DNA from: Camelus ferus
Taxonomy: Eukaryota
Direction of reading: 5' to 3'
Length of the DNA stretch: 64,000 nucleotides
NCBI RefSeq assembly: GCF_009834535.1
Contig: NC_045696.1
Span: 66,218,001 to 66,282,000, forward strand
Shown: piece after piece, positions 25,366 through 38,789 of the stretch
Layout: every line of letters begins with the position of its first letter
Position numbering within the stretch: position 1 is the first letter of the stretch
Translations under genes and position numbers: made by a program
Notes under the pieces: model-generated
Told to the model about the DNA's origin: nothing
Seen by the model: the letters and a program-made list of their open reading frames with translations, nothing else
The model's database searches: none

Positions 25366-27139
25366 GATGGCCTAGCACTGTCTATCAATATCAATACTTA
25401 TGTATTGAAAGCTTACCATGCATGGAACACCTTAGGAGAACAAGACAGTATTTTTCAAAGAACTTTTAATTCAAATCTCTGTTATGGAAATGGCAACAGG
25501 ATTTCTCCATTTACAAGTGGTTGGAAGCCAGAAGTTTAGTTGGTTTATCAAAAATCACTTAGTAAAACTCAGAACAGACACACAGAAACTTCTTCTGATT
25601 TCACTTCCAGGATCTTTCTATATGTCACACAATTTCAAAGAGCAGAAATGAATATCTAGGTCATAAAAATACAAAACACATGCACTATGTTTCCAGAGAT
25701 GTTACTAATAAAAGAATGACTAGTGAAAAATAAAGAGGGTGGAATTATATTAAAGTGAGAATGTTGGACAAGTTCTTTGAAAATCTGAAATAAATAATAA
25801 AATAAATATTCACAGCTATTGAAATTCAGAGGTTCTCAAAAATCACTTTTGGTATTTATGATGCTGCATTCATATATATACCACCCAGATGTGAAATTTC
25901 AAATACAGTATGCATGAATTAGCTGATAAAATACCTTAAAGCGGAAAATATTTCAGTATTCATTGCCAAATGGTTTTGCCAAGGAAACTGACTTGATAAT
26001 GCTTCATGAAAAGTGTTCACTTTTATCATGTAATTTCAAAGTCCAGTCTAAAATGGTATCAGGATTTCAAAAATGGAGTAAAAAAATATAACTTTCATAT
26101 TTTTAAAAGTCAGCTTCTGTTCTGTCCTTTCCTTCCCAGGATTAAGTAAATTTAAGGCTTAAAATCCCAAATAGATTATTTTTGTCATAGCTTTATATCT
26201 ACATGCTGGCTGTAAATAATATCTGGACACAAATTCTAATGAACAAATGGGTATATTGTGAGCAGTGAGAAGTAAAAGTAACTGCATAGAGTACCAGATG
26301 TAATTTAAAAATTACTCCTCATTCATTTACTGGAGTAAAAAGCTTATTAAAATAAAAAAAATTATAGTCACAGTGGTTTGTCCTAAATCCATAAATTTCA
26401 AATGTATTTTATAGCATAGCTGTTCTTCTAAGTGATGAGGACCGTAAAGAGCTTTCAGACAGCCTCTCTTACTGTGGGCTCATCACATTCTTAATTGCTT
26501 TCTTCAAAAAAAAATGAAGCCGATCTATAAGTTAATAAGCAGACAGGATAATTTCTAATTTAGATCCCTAATTCCAAGCCCGCCTGAAAACTAGGCAAAG
26601 AAAAATATGCTTAGGGTCGGCAAATGATTATTTCAGCCTCAGCTAACACGGGTGGCAACAATGCAGTTTAAGTCACAGATCAAGATCCAGTCTCTGCATG
26701 CTTCCTAGGGTTCTCTTTTACTTTGACAAAATGGGTGCATTAATGCTAAAATGCTTCTGAATAACCAAAAGTGGTAAACAAAGTTATCTACTAAAATAGC
26801 TATGTCAGAATGTCAGAGTTTCCTATTTTCGGTAGAAATACGGAGTTCATAAAGAATTTCTACAACGAGATCTGGTAATATATTCCTGAGTAAACTGAGG
26901 CTCTAAGAAGAAAAGTGATTCTCTAAGCACGGACAACTAACTAATTTCAAATAGGACTAAAGCTCCGATGTTCCTTCCTCTATAGCACGAGCCTTATCAT
27001 ACACTGAAGATACAGGATAAATAACTGAATACTGCTTCTTTTGTCTCACCCCTTTCTCCTCCCCCATGATCTAAAGTATAATTCCCTCTGGAATGTATGA
27101 CAAAAAATGGAAGAGAGCACTTTGTAAAGAAAACAGTGT

Positions 27140-27897
27140 GAGTTCCAGTTCTTGCATGGTTATGTGAGCCCCCAATAACGCAATCCTCCTGCTGGCAACA
27201 GCCAAGAACTCTACACAAAATACAAAAAACAAAACCTAAAACAGAAAAACCCACAACTATGTATGTTTTAACTACGGAGAGTAAGCAAATGTAAATAGCT
27301 ATGAAGAGGAGTCAAAATACGGAGAAGCAACAGCATGAGGGTGAGTTCTCGGGGCTTCTACCCCTTTGGCAGTATTTGAAGGTGAACCATGGCTACAGAG
27401 TGATGCAGTGTGGGCAGCTGAAATTCCAACAGCTCAACCTTTTTTTCTGGGGACAGGAAACAAGGGAAGGAACCTAAGTGGGCTGGGGGCTCTTAGAAGA
27501 TGGAGGAGAGCTAGGGAGAGAATCCTTAATTTGGGGAATGAACTCACACATATCTCAGCTTAACTGCATGTACAGGACTGACTCAAACAACGGAGTGAAG
27601 TTTTAAAACTGCGACTTGAGCCACCATCTTCAGAAGGTAAGATAGAACTTACAATCGAAACATAACTGGATCGATTGATTGCTGAAAGATAAAAGAATGT
27701 TTTCAGAGAATTATAGAAGAATTCATAGTATAAGCAATAAAGCATTCACAATTTTCATGGCATGATCCAAAATTAACTAACATACAAAGAATTAGGAAAG
27801 GAAATCCATTCTAAGAGTAAAGACAATCAAAAGATGCCAAACCAAGATCATGTAGATGTATAAGTGATCAGATAGGACTTTAAAGCAGCTATTTAAG
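27140..27897 (+). mobile_element. Old L1 5' region (L1M/L1ME-like)
   Basis: A-rich sense sequence ending gactttaaagcagctattta, typical just upstream of or into ORF1. Confidence 0.5.
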
Positions 27898-28239
27898 CTT
27901 TCCCAGCTTTCCAAGACGCTACCCAAAAGGCTCACCCCACCAGAGCGCTGGCATGGCTGTAGTTTGGAGACAGGTAAGAGCCACAAAAAAAAAAAAAAAA
28001 AAGGACAGGGATTCATAGCAAGAGACATGCAGATCTCATCCGGCCACAGATCCTGCCGACTGCCTCACGGACTCCACCAAAAGCTCAGCCCACAGACCCT
28101 GTGGGACACCCCATTCGCAGACCCAACCAGCTAGCAGACACGTGCCCCCAGCACTCTGTACCCTTTTCCCCTTTTGGCTCATTCCTCACACCCTCTACAG
28201 ACAGAATGCATGAGCCCCCACAGATGGCATACATATATT

Positions 28240-29930
28240 TTATGGGCTTTGTAATAGATCTTTGTCTACCTTGATTTCACAAAGATATATTCTTGTCTTT
28301 TATTCTAGACATTTTATACTTTGGGTTCTTTTATTTTTGTTCATAATCCACTTTGAACAATTTCTGTGTATGAGGTAAGGTAAACATTGATGTTTATTCT
28401 TTTCTATAAAGATATTTGGTATTTCAGCACAATTTATTGAAAAGATTTTCCTTCCCCCATTGAGTTTTAGTAATACTTTTGTTGAGAATCAGTATTAAAT
28501 TTTGCCAAGTTTCTTCTACATCTATCGAAATTGTTACATGATTTTCTCCTTTATTCTGTTTATATGGTAAATTATGCTTGTTTTTAAAGCCCCTTTATTG
28601 AGGGAGGATTAACATGCAAAAAAGCTGTATATAGTTAATGTATACAACTCAAAGAGTTTGAGAGTAAGTATACACTCATGAAATCATCACCACCATTAAA
28701 GCCAAAGACACATCCATTGTCTCTTAAAGTTGTCCTACATCTCCACTATTATTATTATTGCTACTTACATGTGGTAAGAATACTTAACATAAGATCCACC
28801 CTCTTAATAAATTTTAAGTAGATCACATAATATTGTTAGCTATATAGGAACTATGTTGTATGATAGATCTTCAGAATTTATTCATCTTGCATATTATGAA
28901 GTATGCAATTAAATATATAGGTATATATACATTAGACTTTATCAAAATAAAAATCTTTGCTCATAAGAAAATAAATATTCAGATGACCAACTGAGCGGAA
29001 ATATTTGCAACACGTATATAAGACAAAGGACTTGTATCCAGAATATATTAAAAATTCTTACATCTCAATCACAAGGCATACAACTCAGTTAAAAACATTG
29101 ACAAGATCTGAACACACATTTCATCAAAGATAGATACAAATGGCCAATAACATATGAAAATATGCTTAACATCTTTGTCATCAGAGGAATTCAAACCAAA
29201 AAAATTATGATGTACCACTACATACCCCTTAGACCATTTGAAATAAAATGACTATACAAAATGTTGATCAAAAATGTGGAGCAGCTGTAACAATCATGTG
29301 CTTTTCATAGAAATGTAACATGTTACAACTGCATTGAAAAACAGTTAGAAAATTTCCTAAAAAGTTTAACATACATTTACCTCCTAGATAACTCACCCAT
29401 TCATTTCCTAAGCATTTGCCCAAGAGGAAGGAAGACACATGTCCCCACAAAAACTTGTATATGAATGTTCATGGACGATTTTCTTGTAATTGATGAAGCC
29501 TACAAACAAACGTTCATTAACAAGTTAATCAATAAACAAATTTTGACAAAAGGAATATTACTCAGCAATATAAATAAATGGACTTGCAGCAACATAGATG
29601 AATTTGGATGGGAGAAACCAGACATAAAAGAGCTCATACCTTATGATTCCATTTATATAAAATTCTAAAGACAGCTAGTAATCTGTAGTATCAAATCAGA
29701 TGGTGATTGGTTGGGGACTGGTTGGAGGGAGGGAAGGATTGCAAAGAGACTTAAGGAAAATTTGGGATTGATGAAACTGTTCAGTATCTCAATTACAGTG
29801 ACTTATGGTGACAGGTTAATGGGTGTGTACATATGTCAAATTCACTGAAGTATAGATTTAAAATAATTTGTAGTTTACTTCACATTTATTATATTAGAAA
29901 AATGTATAAAGTAGAACAAAAAATAAAAGT
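28240..29930. mobile_element. L1 patchwork: antisense fragments (28240-28895, including an L1MA-like 3' end) and a sense ORF2-end/3'UTR (28930-29930)
   Basis: ttaatgtatacaac...acttaacataagatccaccctcttaa (-); gacaaaggacttgtatccagaatata...tatgattccatttatataaaattcta (+). Confidence 0.75.
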
Positions 29931-30469
29931 GAAGTGAGGTAAATTTTTATTAAGGAATAGGTTCTTTCCAGTTTACCTATTTAATTTTTCAGACAGCTTT
30001 GTATAACTGTTAAATCTGACAATACTATAGTCTTAGTGAATTTTAGATAAGATAGGAAAATGCAAACAGGTGGATTCATTAAATAGAGGATGGGTAATTT
30101 ATCACTTGCCTAATTTTATAAGAAAATGGTGAATTGAAAGAAATAGTTAAAAGGAGGGAAAAGTTTACCCCCTCCATCTAGCAAATACTTTGTCCCTTTA
30201 TCCTTATCCAGGCAAAATGGAAATCTATTCAGATGGGTCAGACTTCAGGGCAATGAGGGTCCTATGGGAAAGAGATTGCTGGACAGGTTAAGAGTGAAAA
30301 AAAGCCAATTACCTCCATCACTATAATTTTTTCTAAGTATTTGGATAGGTGGGTTGACTCAGGCCGCCGCTCCTATCGGGACCCAGGTGTGCTGAGCTCT
30401 CTCTTCTACCTCCCACTTCCAGGTAGCTTAGGTAGTAAGCTCACTTGGTTATCTTTCTAACTTCGGCCC

Positions 30470-30703
30470 ATCTTTTCTTTTCTTCTCTTCTCCTCCCCCT
30501 GTCCCTCCCCCTCCTTCTCCTTCCTTCTCTTCTTCCTCCTCCTCTTTTTTCCCTCCTTTCCTCTCTCCTTGTCTTCCTCTTTTTCTAATACGCTCTCTCC
30601 ACATCCACACTGGAGAACAATTAAGTTGACCCCTTAAGATGTTGAAATGCTTCACCTCCCTCCTCTTACTTCTCTCTCTCTCTCACTCTTTTTTTTTTTT
30701 TTT
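30470..30703. repeat. Polypyrimidine low-complexity tract, (TC)n and poly-T
   Basis: Almost purely C/T over 30470-30600, then (TC)n and a T-run at 30670-30703. Confidence 0.9.
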
Positions 30704-30704
30704 G

Positions 30705-31490
30705 TACTAAATTGGAGCTTAAACTTTATCCTGAAAGCCAATGTATATATTTGAGAAACAGAAGTATTTGATCAATTTTACTGCTTTGAAAGATCAGTCT
30801 ACCTGGAAAATTACATTGGGGGAGGTTGAGAGAGGTGAGAGGGCGCTGAGAGTAGTAAAAACAATGCAAAGTACAAAAGAACATATTACAGAGATTCAGT
30901 CTTGAACTAGTACAAATAAGAAGGGATGGTTTTGGGAGCCACTAAGGAGATAGAATTTGCATTCATTATCGATTAAGTGCTTTTCTGTGTGTGGGGTGGG
31001 GATGGGCAGGGAATGAGAATGATGTCAGAGGGCGTCTGTGTTTCTGCCTTGAGTGATGGGGTGAGTAGAAAAATAACACACAAAGAATACAGATCAATTG
31101 ATTAATATAAGATCATGTACTGCGTATACATGAGTTGTGGATATGCTTAGTATCAGTGAAACTTCCAAGTAGAGATATCTATAGGGCAGTTGAACACATA
31201 GGTCTATGGTTCAGAGAGTTTTCATCTAGAGCTGGAAACACTTAGCACGTGGATGAAAGCTGAAGCCAAGGCTCGGGATGAGGGCATCCAGGGTTCCTTC
31301 TGTGAACAAGGCAAACGGCTAAGGATGAGCTACTGCTAACAATGATATTGAAGGGTGAGTATAAGAAAAATAGTCCAGAGAAAATGAAGGAGAATCTGAG
31401 AGGCAGGAAGAAAGCCAGAAGAGAGATATTACAGAAGCTCAGAGATGTGAAATAACAAGAAGATACAGTGGCCAACATTTTCCAGTGCCA
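30705..31490 (-). mobile_element. L2 fragment
   Basis: aactttatcctgaaagccaatg; ccaagtagagatatctatagggcagttg. Confidence 0.6.
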
Positions 31491-31559
31491 CTTTGAAATG
31501 ACCATATTTCAGGTGACGCAACTACAACGTTTAATCCAGGGAGGGTAAACTCACAAAAT

Positions 31560-31870
31560 ACGTGCAGAAATAAGTGCAGTTGACTTTCTGATATTCAGAG
31601 ACTAATCATATATAAACATGGAGTAGATTTGGTTATTTTTGTGGCTTCAAAAGCCAGAACTAGAACCAATATGTAGAAGGTCCAGAAAGCAAGACTTAGC
31701 TCAACTTAAGGAAGAAAAGCTCTGCATTTTATGTAAATTATCCAAAGATAAAAAGGGCTGTCTCAGTGGAAGTTGTTCATGTTAGAATGATGGGTCACAC
31801 ATCAGAGGTCAGAACAGAGATACCATATATCTATCACCATCATCTAGAAGAGTTTAATGAATAGTGGATT
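31560..31870 (+). mobile_element. L3/CR1 3' fragment
   Basis: cagaactagaaccaat...agacttagctcaacttaaggaagaa...aagggctg resembles the CR1/L3 3' end. Confidence 0.6.
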
Positions 31871-33689
31871 GAATAATATGTAATTGCCAGTATTTAGCCA
31901 TTTTAAATTAACCAGTAAAAAATAACAATTTTATATGGCTCAACCTAATATTTACTGGATGGAAAAACAAATGACTAAATAAATAATGAATGAAAGAATT
32001 TTGGACTAGGAAGTCCTTTTGATTTTCAGTGAGTAAATATATAATTAGTTTTAAAAAGTAAGTTCTAAAAGCACTAAGCAAATAACAAAACAAATGACTA
32101 TGAAGTTTGCCAGATGGAAAAATGCTTCCTTCTACTTTCAGGTAGAAACTTTTGAAGGGGTCCAAAAGCAATATCTCAGTTAAATACTATGTATATATTT
32201 CTTTATTTGAGTGAATTTAGTCAGAGATAGTGAATTGAAAATCCATTGTAAGTTTTATAAGCTGAAAAGAAAAAATTATTATTAATTTACTATTATTATT
32301 AATAACACCAAAAAGGAAAAAAGTGTTATCTAATAAATTTACTTTTGAGTCAGGAAATGCAATAGCAGAAGATACACACACACATATTTTATTTAAAAGG
32401 AAAAAAATTGTATTTACCAATTCATCTTATGTGATTCAGTTTCCATTGGCTTTTATCATCCATTTATAAGAATGGATGAGATTTAAGCTACTCAGAAGGA
32501 GAGAAATTGCTAGTTGTTGATTTCTTTAATGATTCTGGGCTTCCATGAGTATAATTTCCTAATGCTGTTGCCTGGGAGTAATAAATGTCACCACAAGTGC
32601 AATTTTTTGTTCTTATTTTGATTTCTATTGACTAAGCCTTTCCCTTTTCAGCCATTTAGTGTCACCCTATCACAACCCAAATTATAGTCTAAATTACAAA
32701 GACAAAGTGCTCCTTTCCTTGGCCGCAGTGGAATGTAGACTCCATGGAGCATAAATTGTTCCCTAGGGCATGCAGGAGTCAGTCTTTTATTCTCTCTCAC
32801 ATTCCTCATTTAAGAGAATTCCTGACAAATTCATGTGATAGGAACATGAGTATTTTGTTTCTCTGACATTTTGGTACATTTGAAGTCTAAATTATTTTCA
32901 TCATTCTGTTAGAAATCAGGTTAATTATTAGTATGTGAAACATCTGAGTAAAAACTATGTAAACACATGATTAATTATTAATAATATGCTGAAGTACATG
33001 TAGTCATTTTCTGGATTTAGAAGTTAATAACTGCAAATACGTCACCTGACATTTTCTCCAGCCAGGGTCATCTCTAGATGAGACACTGATCATTGTGTCA
33101 TCTTACCCCAAAATCGTTTAAGCAGTTTCATTTCCTGGAGGGAAAGACTTGTCCAGTCTCTTTATTCTGATATCAAAGGCCTCCGTAGTCTGGTCCTATA
33201 TTCCTGATTCTAGCTCCATTGGAGTCCCTGGTTGCCATTCCCTGTCTGTACCTTTGCTTACTCTATTTCCACCTGAGATGCCCTTGCACTTCAATTTACC
33301 TCTTTGCATCCTTTATAATACATTTTGGGTCACATACTGTGCCCAAACTAGTTTTTAACAAGGTGAATGAATGGACAGCACCAATGGTTGAGCTACCAAT
33401 GAGGTTACAAGAATAAATGGTTCAATAAAACCAGTGTTATAAGAAGGGCAGAGTAGATTTGGAGTAGATAGACATCATTGTTTTCAGCTCTCTCCAGTGC
33501 AACAATAATTGCTATCTCTATAAATTCCAATTTTCTTTACACAGTTATCAAAGAAAACTTATTCCAGTCAGCCTGTACTGACAAAGGTCTGTGGAAGAAA
33601 ATCTTGTGGGGTAACCATCACTGATATTCTTCAGTAACAGAATGGTGACTGCACCGTGTCTAAAAGGCAAAAAGTGGAAGTTAAAGGGA

Positions 33690-33925
33690 AAAGAAGAGCA
33701 TTGTGTCTACATTGGGCTGTTGGTCACAGTCATCGGTTTCAGTTCCACCTCTGTTACTTCCTAGCTGTGTGAATTTGGCAAGTAACCTAAGTTCCATAGT
33801 TTTACTTTTTCCATCTGTAAAGTGGAGTGGCTTTACAAGAAGATGAAGTAGGGCAAGGTTTAAGTGACACAATGTTTGTAAATTGCTTCGCCAGGTGTCA
33901 GAGACTCAGCAATTAGTAGCTACAG
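33690..33925 (+). mobile_element. MIR SINE
   Basis: ctctgttacttcctagctgtgtgaatttggcaagtaacctaa...catctgtaaagtgg. Confidence 0.8.
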
Positions 33926-35127
33926 TGAGTACAACTTCTTTGGACAAGAAAGCCACGGTTATTTTGTCAATGCAAGATATGGAAATAAAATAAACCTCCC
34001 AAAGGGTATATTCTTTCTACAAACCAAACTGAGCCAATTTCCATATGGATAATTGGTCCAAACAAGCCACATTTGCCTTTTACTGTCATGGCAACATGGA
34101 TAAACTCTGAATTCTCCCATTACCTCCTCTGGATTTAACACAACCAAACAGTTCAAATGTATTTTTTCTATTATTCTTTTTAAAGAAACTTTGACTCTTA
34201 TTTTTTTGGGACAAGGAGAAAAAAAATCAGGCACCTCAAAATGAAAGTAGGGAGGGAAGTGATGTGAGATATAAAAGAAAACTAAGAATATATATCTCTC
34301 ACATTCACAAAGATTTGAGTAATGTTTTGTAAAATCAACTTTGGGACTTAGAATCCTAAACTTTTAATATTTGACAAGAAAAAAATTCCACTGAAATTTG
34401 TGAAAGGAACTAAGAATTAGAGTTTAATATCTGTCACACTATATTTAACAGAGCAACAAACTCAGCTGTTTAGCAAATGCAATGTTAAACCAATGGTTTT
34501 TAAAACACAACCAGAATTTGCAATTTTCAGGAATTCAATAATGTTACCAGTTAATAAAACAACTCTTACTCTTACTCACATCTAACCTAAGCATGGTTTG
34601 TCAATTATTACCGTAAACAGTGGCATTTACAGCAAATGTTTAACTCTAAGTTATGTCAAAGCACTCTTCAGAGTGATATAATTTGTGTTAAATCTGCAAA
34701 GGACTACATTTAATGGTCCATTTCAGACATGGCCTCTACAATCTAGTAATGAGTGTAGAACAAACCAATGTCAAGTTTTTCCATCCAAAAAGCTGTAGAG
34801 ATTCTATCTCCCTGAGCTGATCTTAGGTTTATCCAACAATTAAATCTTTTTTATTAATTCCAGTTCTCTTCTTTCCTCTGGGTTTTTCTGGGTTGATACT
34901 TTCTTATGTTGATGTAACAGTAGCATGGTTAGAAAATCCCAGGAAAAGGGACCCTCCACTTGTGCTTACTTTTCCTCTCTCATACAATCTGGAAGATGCC
35001 TTCACTGTAGAAGAATGGCTGGTCCCCTGCTCTCACAAGCGGCTTGTTGTCCGTAGAGTAAGCCGGCCGTATGAAATGCTCTTTAGCCAGTCTCTAAGCC
35101 AGCTCATGCACTCGTACCTTAACTGAT

Positions 35128-36545
35128 CAATTAGTTCATGTATTCAACAAATCTTTAGTGAGTGCTTAGTATGTGAAAGGCACTGTTCTGGGACTGCAGA
35201 TACACAGTGAAAAAAATACATAAAACTGCCTGTCCTCATAATGTTTTTATTACAGAGGGGGGATAAAATAATAAATAGATGTCATAAATGTAGTATGACA
35301 AATAGGTATTTTCCATTTTTTTTTTTTTTTTGGAAAAACATAAACTACACAAAGAGGATAGGGAGTGCTGGCCAGGAAGGAGGTTGTTGTAATACTAAAT
35401 ATAGTGGTCAGGGAAACCTTCACTGAGAATGTGGCCTTTGAGCAAAGAGCTTTAAAAGGTGAGGGAGTAAGTCATAAGAATAAAAGAGGGAGGTGCCTTG
35501 CAGACTGAGGGAAGAGTAAATGCAAAGGCCCTGAGGCAGGAGAATGCCTGGGAAGGTCAAGGAAAAGCAAGGACTTCAGTGTACTGGGAACAGAGTGAGT
35601 GAGTCAAGAGACCAGTAGAATATGAGGACAGAAAAGGAAGAAAGAACAGACATTGTGAGGCTTTGTAACCCATTGCAAGGACTTCCTTTCTTCACTTTGA
35701 GGGCAATTAGAAGCCACTTGAGAGCTCTGTGCAGAGAAGTGACAGGATCCAACTTAGAGTTAAGAGCATCATCACTGTGGTTGTTGTACTGAGAGATGAA
35801 TGTGGGCAGGCAAGTGTGAAAACAGAGGGACTTGCCAGGAGGCTATTGAAATAATTCAGGTGACAGGTGATGATGATTGGTGAGTAATTCAGGTGAAAAG
35901 TTGCTGGTGGAGGGAATGAAAAGTGGGGGGTTCTGTATATACCTTGAATTTAGAGATGACAGGATTTGCTGATTGATTGGGGATTGTATATGAAAGAGAG
36001 AATTCAAAACTGTCTGTGCTTCTCTTTGGACTGAATAACCAAAAGGAAAGAGTTGTAGTATACTGATATAGGGAAGATCTTTGAGAACAAGAAGGTAGAG
36101 GGCAGATGGGGAAAACCAGAACTGGATTTGCTGCAAGTTTGTTTGCAGAAGTCTAGAAAACATCCAAATGGTAATGTCTGCATGGCAGTTGGTTATGAAT
36201 TCAAGGAAGAGAGCTCAACTGGAGAAGTGAGTTTTGGAGCTGTCAGTTTATGGATGATAATCTATGAGGTTGAATGAAATTCCCAAAAGTGTGGATGTGT
36301 ATAGAAAAGAAAGAGTTCTGAGGCTTAGACTGAGAGCACCCCTAACATGTCAAGTCTGGGAAAATCAGCAAGTAAGACGGAGAGAAGCAATCAATAAAGT
36401 AGGAGGCCAATCAGGAAATGTATTGTTCTGAAAGCAAGAAGAAGAAAGCCATTTAAGAAGGAGGAAGAAGTGATTATTCAACTGAAATGCTACCAATTAG
36501 ACCAAGTAAGATGAAGACTGAAAACTTCCCACTGGTTTAGCAAAG
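35128..36545 (-). mobile_element. Long L2 LINE fragment (~1.4 kb)
   Basis: 3' end ttcatgtattcaacaaatc, then gtaaatgcaaaggccctgaggcaggagaatgcctgg; ggaggctattgaaataattcaggtga; gacaggatttgctgattgattgg. Confidence 0.88.
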
Positions 36546-37642
36546 TGATCAATATTTCTTCTCACTGGGGAGAAGAAGTGAAGGATGAAACTGGACAGCC
36601 AGACATGCTTCCTCATTTAAAGTCCTCCTTGCATAAGCCTATCCCCCCCCAGTTTCCATGAACGGAACTAATTTTGGAGTTTATTTTATTTTATTTTATT
36701 ATGCCTCACTAATCAATCCTTTGTGTCTATGCCTTATCTGATTTCATGTTGATATTTTCAAGTTGATCTTTTAAAAAATTATGTGAAGGAGATAAGTCAA
36801 TATTATTATCATTGTTCTGCAGAAAACACAGCTTTTAGAGAAGATGAATGTTTCCTTGCCATGCTTGTGGTTAGCCGTGAAGTGGTGACTCAGCCTGGGG
36901 CCTTCTGATCTTGTGCCTTAAATTTCCATAAAGAGAGTGGCTGATGCCTTTTTGCTTGTTCTTTGGACCTTCCATTATGAATTGCCCACTTCTATTCATA
37001 CCTTCTATTTATTCTTACTTAATCCCTTGAATTTTGGTCCTTAGATTTTTTTTGGAACAGCTGCATGTCATGACCTTTAAGGACAAATAGCAACTTGTCT
37101 TTAGAGCTTCAGGGAATTTGAACTTCTGCCAGGCTCCGAATCCAGAGAATAGTTTCATATGCCCTCATGTCCATCCTTTCCTGTGGGATTTACTTCCTCT
37201 TAGCATAGAAGACAGGCTGAGTAAACGACCAGCACTGTGCCATTGACCATATATCTGCCCATTTTCTTGTTACCAAGATAAGAATTATAGGTCCAACATC
37301 TAAGTACTCAGTGAATTTTTTAAGTGTAATCTCGTATATCATCACAGTACACATCCCTCCACCTCTTCCTCCTCCTTCTTCTTCTCCTCCTTCTCCCTGA
37401 TTCTTCCTGAGAATCTTACTTCTTTCCACCCTTATATTCAAACATAAGGAGTCTATAGAGTAATAGCAACATAAAAGATCACAATGCTATGAATAGGCGT
37501 CACCCTCACCCATCTTCAGCTAGAATTCCTAATGATGGTCACTCACTACAACAAGTTTGTGCACTTAAGCATGCAACTGAACAAAATTATTAGATTAATT
37601 ACAACTTTTAAGTGGTAAAACATAAATTACAAAAATCATGCA

Positions 37643-37802
37643 GGCAGTGGAGCATATCAATATCAATGTCCCGGTTGTGACATTGTACAATAGTTAGGCA
37701 GATGTTACCATTGGGGCAAACAGGATGAAGGGTACGTAGGACCTCTGTATTAGTTCTTAAAACTGTATATGAATCTATAATTATCTCAAAATAAAATGCT
37801 TT
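37643..37802 (+). mobile_element. Short L1MC-like 3' end
   Basis: gatgttaccattgggg...gaatctataattatctcaaaataaaa. TSD AAAAAT(C/T)ATGCA at 37631-37642 and 37803-37814. Confidence 0.8.
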
Positions 37803-38789
37803 AAAAATTATGCATGTAAAGGGACATTCATGGGCAGACTTCCTTTTCCAAGAGCATCCAACTGTCATGAAGCTGGGAAGGGAATGCACTAGGAAAAGCG
37901 CAAACTCTTAGGCAAAATCTACCGTGCTGGCCTTTGGGAGTGCTGTGGCAAAGTCACAGAGGTAAACAGATAAACAGAAACCTGTGAAGAGAAAGGTGGT
38001 GATGAATATGCATTTTATTTTAGCATCTACATCATAAATACAGTAATGGCACTTGCAGTGCTCTTGTGATGCCAGACTCCACTCCTATCAGCTGCCGAAA
38101 TCCCCGTCAGCCACCTGCTGCCAGATCCTGTATGTGTTTTTCACCAGAATTACTGAATCTATGTGTCTGGTTGGCCATAGTTCCAGTTTCTAAAGCTAAA
38201 TCAAACATGCTGCCCTTGTTCCCATTTCATCTCTTTTCTACTTATCTGCCTTGACTTCCTTTTCCAGGAATTCTTAAGATCATTGACTCCACTGACGGAA
38301 GTCAGGCTTCTGACTGCCTAATACATAAGTTCACCAGTGAAAAGCTTATTTTTCATTTTGTTTAATTACAGCCTTCAGAGACACGCAAAACGGAGGGTGT
38401 CTTAGGGACAAAAAGTACTGTGGGCTTGCTCGACTTATCCCTTATTGGCCTTGGCACCAAGCCCTTCCTCTGCTGTGAAATTCATGCTGTGTCTGTGGCT
38501 GCATACTAAACAGACCGAGGTCCCCACACAGCCGGCTCCGCCCGTCCAGAGGCAGCGCAACGAATCCATATACCTTAATGGCCAGTTCAGCACAGTAGTT
38601 TAGGTAACTAACACGGCTGGTTTGTTCCTAGTGCCATCTATGTATATCTGATCATAAATACACCCACATATCATCATTTGAATTGGATTTGGTGACCCAT
38701 GCTGGGGCTTGAACTACACCACGCTTGTTCTGAACTCTAGAGGACTGGCTTCAAAAGTGGCCCTTCGAAATGTATGTGTGTATAAAATA

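Noticed and set aside
30449..30655. Glu/Gly/Lys-rich ORF
   Set aside because: Translation of a purine/pyrimidine low-complexity tract.
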